From the IMG/VR virus record IMGVR_UViG_3300043618_000011, positions 1 through 31,845 of that record: a stretch of 31,845 bases of DNA. One strand, 5' to 3'. The notes under the pieces are model-generated. The model was not told where the DNA came from. It ran no database searches and was given only the letters and a program-made list of their open reading frames with translations. The translations under genes and the position numbers were made by a program. The DNA is from a virus. Lineage: Duplodnaviria; Caudoviricetes. Positions 10,156-17,230 of the stretch are shown here, piece by piece; position 1 is the stretch's first letter, and every line of letters starts with the position of its first letter.

Positions 10156-10352
10156 AAGAAGTAGATGTCAATACCGTACTTCTACTGTTGGTTGCTATAG
10201 CTACAGCAATCAACACTTATTTCTCACGTAAGACCGAGTTGAATACCAATTCGATGAAGGATGCACTAGTCAAAGCAACAGGAGAGGCGTCACAGGCAAA
10301 AGGTCGTGACGAGATGCGAGAAGAGTTTAGAAAGGAGAATAAAGATGCCTAA
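10152..10352 (+). CDS. Small single-TM protein (possible holin/lysis accessory)
   Basis: Hydrophobic stretch VLLLLVAIATAI; GTGA overlap; RBS GGAG. Confidence 0.5.
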   Translation: MKEVDVNTVLLLLVAIATAINTYFSRKTELNTNSMKDALVKATGEASQAKGRDEMREEFRKENKDA

Positions 10353-10512
10353 AGGAATTCTATTCTGGGTGCTATGGGTCATCTGGGTGTTCTTTGGCTT
10401 CAGTTGGCACCGTGGTTGGGTGGGTACCTATGGTCCATTGGGCTTTAGCATCATCGTAGCTGCCATGTTCTTCCTTCTCGGATGGCAGAACTTTGGGTTC
10501 GTAGTTCACTAG
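10345..10512 (+). CDS. Small two-TM membrane protein (possible holin)
   Basis: RBS AAGGAG before ATG 10345; two hydrophobic segments. Confidence 0.55.
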   Translation: MPKGILFWVLWVIWVFFGFSWHRGWVGTYGPLGFSIIVAAMFFLLGWQNFGFVVH

Positions 10513-10522
10513 GGAGGTTGCC

Positions 10523-10753
10523 ATGAGTTGGCTGTCAGAGTTTGTCAATCGACTTTTTCCTCCTCCTCCTGATCGTGTGTTTGAAGAGGACTTGGACGTA
10601 GATAACAGCGTTGTTGATCTATTAAAGTCCAAGGGGCGTGACAGCAGCTTCGAGGCACGACGTAAGTTAGCTGGAGACTACGGCCGGTCAGCGTATAGTG
10701 GAACTGCTGAAGAAAACATCTGGCTGCACGGCGAAATCAAACGTCGATTATAA
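10523..10753 (+). CDS. DUF3597-like protein
   Basis: 'SVVDLLKSKGRDSSFEARRKLA...YSGTAEENIWLH' matches the DUF3597 pattern as recalled; RBS GGAGG. Confidence 0.7.
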   Translation: MSWLSEFVNRLFPPPPDRVFEEDLDVDNSVVDLLKSKGRDSSFEARRKLAGDYGRSAYSGTAEENIWLHGEIKRRL

Positions 10754-10755
10754 CT

Positions 10756-10768
10756 GTGTGAGTCACAC
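10756..10768. repeat. Palindrome copy 7, GTGTGAGTCACAC
   Basis: Exact; between stop 10753 and ATG 10771. Confidence 0.95.
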
Positions 10769-10770
10769 AA

Positions 10771-11187
10771 ATGGCTGATCCCAGACTCCAAGATGTAGCC
10801 GATGCCTTGATGGCTCGTCGACGCAGACCTGATAGTGGTCCAGATGAGGAAACACGCAAGGACCTTCAAATGGCTGACGAGATTACTGGTCCCACAGGGC
10901 GTCGCCTCATACCGGAGAATTGGGACAAATTCTTGGAGGCTCAACCATACTCGGAGAATTTTGAGGATCGGAGGGATGAGCCTCCTATGACGAAAGAAGA
11001 GTCTGACTTCTTAGCAGAACAGGCCCAAATGGATGAGGATGCAGGGGTCGCCGGCATTGATTACGCTGCACCAAACGATCCACCAGGGCGAATGGGTAAA
11101 GCCTTAGGCACCGATGACTTGGATCAAATAATTCAACAACTGCTCATCGATTCTAGTCCTGGAGCACAACGGAGGATCAGGACATGA
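10771..11187 (+). CDS. Acidic hypothetical protein
   Basis: 138-aa ORF starting right after the palindrome. Confidence 0.6.
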   Translation: MADPRLQDVADALMARRRRPDSGPDEETRKDLQMADEITGPTGRRLIPENWDKFLEAQPYSENFEDRRDEPPMTKEESDFLAEQAQMDEDAGVAGIDYAAPNDPPGRMGKALGTDDLDQIIQQLLIDSSPGAQRRIRT

Positions 11188-12068
11188 ATGACGAAGACCT
11201 TCTTGACATGATCATGCCGGCGAGTGCGCGCTCCAAGGCACAGTTTCGCTTCTTGCAAGGACAAAAGCGCACTGGTGATAAGATGACTCCTGAGCAGGCA
11301 GAAGAGATGGTTGCTCCTCCCGAGGACCCATGGTCAGGGCAACCCCAGCGTAAATATTATCAGTTCCTTCCTGAGACAGCTAAGGATGGGCCTGACCCTT
11401 TCGAAGAGTACAATAAATCTCTTCGTGATATCCAGATGCTGCGCCGCCAACGATCAGATGCACGAGACTTTATTCCGCCAGAGCCCAATACAGGACCTAT
11501 GACTGCTGGTGCTATGCACGATATTACACCGCAGGAATACGACGATGAAGAAGAAGAGCCGCCATATCCCGGAGTGACTCCGCAACCTCCTCGTCCAATG
11601 ACTAAACGTGATCGTGATATAGAAGACTCTGATCGTGTTCGGGATAATCGTCATGCCGATCCATATGAAGATCGCGGCATCTTCAACATCAAACTTGATG
11701 ATGTTCGTGATGCATTACGTTGGGGCAAGGGCGACGAAGTTGGTGACGATGCTCTCTATTCCCTTAACGAGTCTGAGAACCCATTCAAGGGCCAAGCGGA
11801 TGCCGTTTATCAACGCATCAAAGGACTCAATCCTGAAATGGATGACTTCGAGTTGATTAGACAAATACGGCGTAGGACTGGTGAGGCGCCAGCACAAAAA
11901 CTGTATGATATGATCCGTGACGACGATACGTTCCGTGCAGCCAATCCTGGCCGTGGCGGTTTGTTTGGACTTGACAAGCCACTGCGCGACCCTCTCAGTG
12001 ATGCCTATCCACAAAGAGGCGGCCGCCAACGTGGTGCTTCCTTCGATGAACGCTTCTCAGGAGAATGA
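11184..12068 (+). CDS. Acidic, Pro-rich hypothetical protein
   Basis: 294 aa; RBS GGAGG; ATGA overlaps at both ends. Confidence 0.65.
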   Translation: MNDEDLLDMIMPASARSKAQFRFLQGQKRTGDKMTPEQAEEMVAPPEDPWSGQPQRKYYQFLPETAKDGPDPFEEYNKSLRDIQMLRRQRSDARDFIPPEPNTGPMTAGAMHDITPQEYDDEEEEPPYPGVTPQPPRPMTKRDRDIEDSDRVRDNRHADPYEDRGIFNIKLDDVRDALRWGKGDEVGDDALYSLNESENPFKGQADAVYQRIKGLNPEMDDFELIRQIRRRTGEAPAQKLYDMIRDDDTFRAANPGRGGLFGLDKPLRDPLSDAYPQRGGRQRGASFDERFSGE

Positions 12069-12649
12069 CGATGACCTATCAAGATAACCCCCGTTCGCAG
12101 TCAATCGATAAGTTGTACGGCAAGAAGCCACGTAGAGATATCCAAACGCAGGATGAGTTTCCTCCTGTGACTCGGCAGCCTGAAATGCAGTTTCCTGGCA
12201 TGAAGAACGAACAGGACTTCAAGCAGCAGTTTGACTATAATGAGCCACCAACGATGCAAGGTGCTCCTGGTGTAGGCGATGTGCCCATTCCTCCGTCACC
12301 TCAAATGCTTCAGGAGCACGGTGAAGCTGCGCAAATGACAGACGAGGACTTGCTTAGTCAAGTTCAGAAACAGATGACTCAACCCAGCATTACTGGGGAC
12401 AAGGCAAAGGATTATCAAGCATTAGAAGCTATGACTGATCCGAAGGAGCGACAAGATTGGCAGGATCAATTGGATGATTTCTACGGCATGGGAGATAGTC
12501 CAGATGATCGTCAACCCTCTCTCAATGGGTTCCCTCCCACAGTAGAAGAGTTTACGAAGAAGTTTGGTCGTGAGCCTGCTACCGACTCTGAGATGGATTT
12601 CTATTACGGTGGCGGTGGCGATCCAGAGCCCATGGATAAGCGTTTGTAA
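12065..12649 (+). CDS. Acidic, Pro/Gln-rich hypothetical protein
   Basis: 194 aa; ATGA overlap. Confidence 0.65.
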   Translation: MTMTYQDNPRSQSIDKLYGKKPRRDIQTQDEFPPVTRQPEMQFPGMKNEQDFKQQFDYNEPPTMQGAPGVGDVPIPPSPQMLQEHGEAAQMTDEDLLSQVQKQMTQPSITGDKAKDYQALEAMTDPKERQDWQDQLDDFYGMGDSPDDRQPSLNGFPPTVEEFTKKFGREPATDSEMDFYYGGGGDPEPMDKRL

Positions 12650-12651
12650 CC

Positions 12652-12664
12652 GTGTGAGTCACAC
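12652..12664. repeat. Palindrome copy 8, GTGTGAGTCACAC
   Basis: Exact; between stop 12649 and ATG 12667. Confidence 0.95.
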
Positions 12665-12666
12665 AG

Positions 12667-15600
12667 ATGCCGTTCAAACTCAAGATCACTGGCCCACGTC
12701 CCGAGGACTTTGAGTGGGTCTGGGAGGATACTCCATCGGAGCTTCCTCCTGTAGACCTTCCTCAGTGGCCTGCTGTGCCTAGTGCTGAGTTAGGTCCTGA
12801 AGAAGTCATCCCTCCTCCTGAAGTCCCACAGGAAGCACCTCCTCCTGTGCGACAACGCATAACTGTCACGCCTTCTCCACGTGATCCCATTGATGCGGTG
12901 TTGCCTCCATCACGACAGTTGGAGCCTTCCAAAGACCCAATCGACTCAGTATTCCCTGTGCCTGAAGTTCCTCGTATGGATGAACCACAACAGGACCTTA
13001 TTGATCAACTAATCCCAGTTCAGCAACAAGTGCCTGAGCCAGGCAATCAGCAAATGGTGCGTCAATTGTATCGTGGTGCTCTGGACGCTCCACAGAGCCT
13101 TTACGATATTGCAGCTGGTGTGCTCGAACCAATGCAGGTACCGCCTCGTGGTGGTCAATCTCTTGGAGGTGGGCGTCCTCCATCTGCTAAGCCATTTCAA
13201 CCTGCCGCTGATTATCTTCGTCGTGCAGGACAAAGCGCTCGTAGGCAAATCCTAGATTGGACGGGAGCAGAAGATGTGCCTTCCGACATATTCTCTCGAA
13301 CAGGAAAAACTGTTGGCGAGAGCATCATCCCTGGATCAAATGCCGCTAAGATGTCAGCCATTGTCGCAGGTAGCTCAGTTGGCACAAATGAAGCCCAACG
13401 ATTTGCACGTAATAACTCGATCGCGGACTTTAAATCTGGTGCCCCCGACTGGGTTAGCAGCGCTCTTGTATCTCCAGCCGGAGCGGCCGAAGCGCAATTC
13501 GATAAGCCCGGTGTCTCGACTGTTGAGACAGTTGGAGGACCCAAGCCTGTAAAGAACACAGAGCTTATGGCTGTTGGCGTTATCGCGATGGCAACCGCAG
13601 GTATGATCTATGCTCCGCGTGTTTATCAGCGTATTGTTGGCTCCGATATTCCTCGTTTGCGTGCAGTTCGCGAAGCCGCTCCTGGCACATTTGCTATCAG
13701 TAAACCACGTGATTATCTTCGTACTTTTGATGATGCTAATGCCGGTGCGTTTAACATTATGCGTCGTGCTGGTGTTGATCCTGTAGCTGCACGTGAAGTA
13801 GAAAGCACCTTTAGGATACAGAGCCGTGCAACAGCTAACGCCATGGCTGATAGCGCCATCAATGCTGGACGCATGGAGACTCCAGCATTTACGTTTCAAT
13901 CGAGAACAGCACTAGCCGAATTGGCACCTTTAGAGACACAGCCTGTACGTGATTATTTGCATGTAATGGATACGATTGATGAACTAAAACAACGAAGCCT
14001 TAGTATGCTCAATCGACGTGTTCCAGGGACGCCGGTTGTTCGTGGCCTCGATCTGGTTCAAGCTGGAAATGTCAAGCGCGCTTTGGAGGCGTCCAATCCA
14101 GAGGTTGTTCAAATCGCTAAAGAGTATTGGGACATCACACGTAACCTGCGCAACTTCGAAGTAACGGGTGAATATGCGACCGTTACTACTTCACAAAACG
14201 CCTTCTTCAAACGCAGTTGGCAACACGAAGTCCCAATGCATCCACGCGACCCGCAACAGTCACACCTCAACGCTCCTGAGCGTGGTAGTGCCACAGAGGC
14301 CCTTGCAAAGGACATGCGTGAGCGTCTTCGTGCTCGTATGGAAAATGAAGCAAAGGGCAAATACGTGGATGAGGTTAGGAGGGTTATGCCTAACCTATTC
14401 GTTCCTGTGAGTACCGAACAACTAAAAGACAATAAGAGTTGGGCCAAAAATGTTGTCGAGTTCAAGCGTCGTGGTGTAACTGAGCGCTATACAACTGATC
14501 CATTGCTCGCTGACATCCTTCGCATGGACCCTTACTATATGACGAGTATGGGCGGCAACTTGTTCTACACTGCAAAACGTGCGCTTGAGGTTACAACTAC
14601 AGGTGAACTTGCTCCATGGTTTGCAGCAACAAGCTTGTATCGTAACTGGGGTATTGGCAAGATCACTACTGAACAAGGAATGAGGAGTCCAACGTTTGCT
14701 GGTTCACACATGGCCATTCCACGACAACTTGGTCCGCAGATGGCCAACTACATCAGCAAGACCTTAGATGCCAATAGTGGCGGTTGGCTCACTAACGTAT
14801 TTGGTCAGGGTAACGTTGATGCCCTCAGCCAACGCCTAGCCCATGCCTATCAGAACAGTTTGTATCATCAACTCGAAACGGTGGGAGGTGGTCGAGGATC
14901 AATTCTACAACAGCAAACCAGTGCCAATAATCGACTGGCTAACGCAATTCGTTCCTCTACAGGCCCTGCCAAACAAGCGCTTGAAGCTTATCGCTCACTG
15001 CTCAACTCTGTACACAACGCAGCCGCTTTTGATTACGCTCGTCGTAACCAAGGGCGAGTATCGCTACCAGAACTCGCAAGCCGTGCACGTAACATGACAG
15101 GTGATCCTCGCATCGGTGGAGAATACTTCACCAAGCTTCCCGGTGCCAAGCGACAACACGCTATTCGCTTTGAGGACGAGACCAGCCGTGTGAGTCACAC
15201 ACTCGGACTGACTGGTAAGTATCTCTATGGTCCTGCGACTGAGTTTGGACGCACGGCCATTCCATGGTATAACGCCACTGTGCAAGGTGTAAAGAAAATT
15301 GGTGCTGCATATGCAGAGAACCCTGCCAAGTTTACGGCACGTACATGGCTGTATTATGTAGCACCCACAGCGTCCCTTTACGCTATGACCCAAGCACTAG
15401 GCACTGATCCGAACGGTGTGTCATATGTTGACTACATGATGAACCGTCGGTCGGAATATAACAAGATCATGAACTGGTATATTCCAGTCCCAGGGCGTCC
15501 TGCCGAAGAAGGTATCGAGTTTCCACGCTTTCATGAATTGACTGCCGCTGCGTATCTCACTCAGGTTGCCATGGATCATGCAACAGGCAACGCTTTCTTT

Positions 15601-16629
15601 ACTGAGGCAGAAGATTTAGAACGAGGAGCTAAGGGCATCGCTGATGTGTTGTGGTTCCCTTCATCTGGACTCTCGAACTATTACACAGCTACAACTGGGA
15701 ACATACAGTCAGGTGGTGCTTTCACTGGTGAGACATACAAGAAGCCTGTTGATCCGTTTGATCAACTTGGAGGCTTGCCTCCTATGATTGAATTGTATGC
15801 ACGTGCCCTGACACCTGGGGTGGCTGACGTTCTAGGTACTGGTTACTCGGCTATGACCCAAACGCCAGAAGGATACGGAGAAGCGCTCTGGAACGGCGCA
15901 CGTGCTAGTGTGCGCCGTGTTGTAGAAAAGACTCCTGTCGTTCGCGACATTGTGAACATACATCCTCCGATGACAGGCAATAATGCTATCACCGAGGAGT
16001 TGTTCAAGAAACAAAAAGAACTCAGTCAGCTTGATCGGTTCTACAAACAAATGACTGCCAACGAAGGCTTACTACGAACTAAGCCTCCATCGCAATCAGG
16101 TGCCGCTGCTGCCGTTGAGAAGCTAGGTGAGCGTCCTCCATCTGAGCCGGCTGGCATTGAACAACCACAGCCCAAAAACCCACTATACATAATGTTCATG
16201 GAAGAGTTACATAACAAATTGATCAAAGACGCCACTGTAACGCGTAAGGGAGAGCCTACGGGTGCCATTGGATTTCAATCTTTGTGGGATAGGTATCGTC
16301 TTGCAACCGATCATCTCAAAGGCATTCGTAAAGTCAACGAAGGTAACAACGTTACATGGCAAGAACAAATGGAAGACAAGCCTGCACAACTCGCCTTCCT
16401 AAAGAAGAACAACATCGATCCTGACAACATTCGTGCAGTGCGCAATTTCTATGAGAGAATTAGGCAAGATGCGGCCCGTGTAATCTTGACACAGATCAGG
16501 GCAGTTGAGTCTGAGTTCTCTCAGCGACTCGGTAAACCCATTACGTTAAAGGACCTGGACCCATACAAAATGGGTCTACAGGGACAACCTGTAGACCCAA
16601 CAGTACCGGCTGTGGACTTACCGCAATAG
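12667..16629 (+). CDS. Large internal virion / DNA ejection protein, LPD38-like C-terminal region
   Basis: 1320 aa, last gene of the virion module; 'EYNKIMNWYIPVPG...IEFPRFHEL' resembles LPD38; Pro-rich N-terminus. Confidence 0.6.
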   Translation: MPFKLKITGPRPEDFEWVWEDTPSELPPVDLPQWPAVPSAELGPEEVIPPPEVPQEAPPPVRQRITVTPSPRDPIDAVLPPSRQLEPSKDPIDSVFPVPEVPRMDEPQQDLIDQLIPVQQQVPEPGNQQMVRQLYRGALDAPQSLYDIAAGVLEPMQVPPRGGQSLGGGRPPSAKPFQPAADYLRRAGQSARRQILDWTGAEDVPSDIFSRTGKTVGESIIPGSNAAKMSAIVAGSSVGTNEAQRFARNNSIADFKSGAPDWVSSALVSPAGAAEAQFDKPGVSTVETVGGPKPVKNTELMAVGVIAMATAGMIYAPRVYQRIVGSDIPRLRAVREAAPGTFAISKPRDYLRTFDDANAGAFNIMRRAGVDPVAAREVESTFRIQSRATANAMADSAINAGRMETPAFTFQSRTALAELAPLETQPVRDYLHVMDTIDELKQRSLSMLNRRVPGTPVVRGLDLVQAGNVKRALEASNPEVVQIAKEYWDITRNLRNFEVTGEYATVTTSQNAFFKRSWQHEVPMHPRDPQQSHLNAPERGSATEALAKDMRERLRARMENEAKGKYVDEVRRVMPNLFVPVSTEQLKDNKSWAKNVVEFKRRGVTERYTTDPLLADILRMDPYYMTSMGGNLFYTAKRALEVTTTGELAPWFAATSLYRNWGIGKITTEQGMRSPTFAGSHMAIPRQLGPQMANYISKTLDANSGGWLTNVFGQGNVDALSQRLAHAYQNSLYHQLETVGGGRGSILQQQTSANNRLANAIRSSTGPAKQALEAYRSLLNSVHNAAAFDYARRNQGRVSLPELASRARNMTGDPRIGGEYFTKLPGAKRQHAIRFEDETSRVSHTLGLTGKYLYGPATEFGRTAIPWYNATVQGVKKIGAAYAENPAKFTARTWLYYVAPTASLYAMTQALGTDPNGVSYVDYMMNRRSEYNKIMNWYIPVPGRPAEEGIEFPRFHELTAAAYLTQVAMDHATGNAFFTEAEDLERGAKGIADVLWFPSSGLSNYYTATTGNIQSGGAFTGETYKKPVDPFDQLGGLPPMIELYARALTPGVADVLGTGYSAMTQTPEGYGEALWNGARASVRRVVEKTPVVRDIVNIHPPMTGNNAITEELFKKQKELSQLDRFYKQMTANEGLLRTKPPSQSGAAAAVEKLGERPPSEPAGIEQPQPKNPLYIMFMEELHNKLIKDATVTRKGEPTGAIGFQSLWDRYRLATDHLKGIRKVNEGNNVTWQEQMEDKPAQLAFLKKNNIDPDNIRAVRNFYERIRQDAARVILTQIRAVESEFSQRLGKPITLKDLDPYKMGLQGQPVDPTVPAVDLPQ
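15188..15200. repeat. Palindrome copy 9, GTGTGAGTCACAC
   Basis: Exact; inside the 1320-aa gene (VSHT). Confidence 0.95.
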
Positions 16630-16630
16630 T

Positions 16631-16643
16631 GTGTGACTCACAC
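16631..16643. repeat. Palindrome copy 10, GTGTGACTCACAC
   Basis: Exact; at the convergent module junction. Confidence 0.95.
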
Positions 16644-16985
16644 AGCTAGTGCATTCACAATTGCTTTGAACAGCTTATCTTTGCGTTGTTGATCTAAAGG
16701 CAAATCGCCGAACGGCATACAACAGGGATGGGTCTTCAGGTTCTCATTCTTTGCTGGACCCCATTTCCATCCCTCTTCGTACTTATTTTTGAGCCACGAC
16801 TCATGACTAGCGCTTGGTGGTGCCTCGGGATTTGCTCGATTGAACACAACTCCTTTGACGGCACTAATCTGTTGCCAATCAGGTGCCTCTGTCCACTCTG
16901 CCTGTGTGAAGTCGCCTATGGTTTCGCAATAGGTCTTATTTGCGTTGTGACAGATCGCCGCAACCTGTGTATCGGTAAGCTTCAT
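16638..16985 (-). CDS. Standalone RyR-repeat domain protein
   Basis: 'HESWLKNKYEEGWKWG...KTHPCCMPFGDLP..QQRKD' is the RyR domain signature. Confidence 0.8.
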   Translation of the reverse strand: MKLTDTQVAAICHNANKTYCETIGDFTQAEWTEAPDWQQISAVKGVVFNRANPEAPPSASHESWLKNKYEEGWKWGPAKNENLKTHPCCMPFGDLPLDQQRKDKLFKAIVNALAV

Positions 16986-17230
16986 GACATATGCTCCATT
17001 ATCCTTGTTGTCGCTCTCCAGACCGTATAACTTCTTCCCCCGCGTCGGCCCATCGCGGGTATCTTGAACTTCTGTGCCTTATCATCAGCAGCCAAAAACG
17101 TTAGCTCTGCCTCTATCATAGATGCCGTTGCATAGGCGTCGAATTTGGCCGTGATGTCCGACCACTTGTAGCCAAGTAGGCCACCTTCGATCAGATAGTC
17201 TACTAAAGCACTCTGCCAATCTCGTGTCAT
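16982..17230 (-). CDS. Small putative winged-helix protein
   Basis: Three short helices followed by a wing-like 'GRRGGRSYTVWRA'; ATGA-coupled to the polymerase. Confidence 0.45.
   Translation of the reverse strand: MTRDWQSALVDYLIEGGLLGYKWSDITAKFDAYATASMIEAELTFLAADDKAQKFKIPAMGRRGGRSYTVWRATTRIMEHMS

Noticed and set aside
12667-16629. 1320-aa protein as an N4-like virion RNA polymerase reading hairpin promoters
   Set aside because: No single- or multi-subunit RNAP catalytic motifs recognised; an LPD38-like ejection protein fits better.
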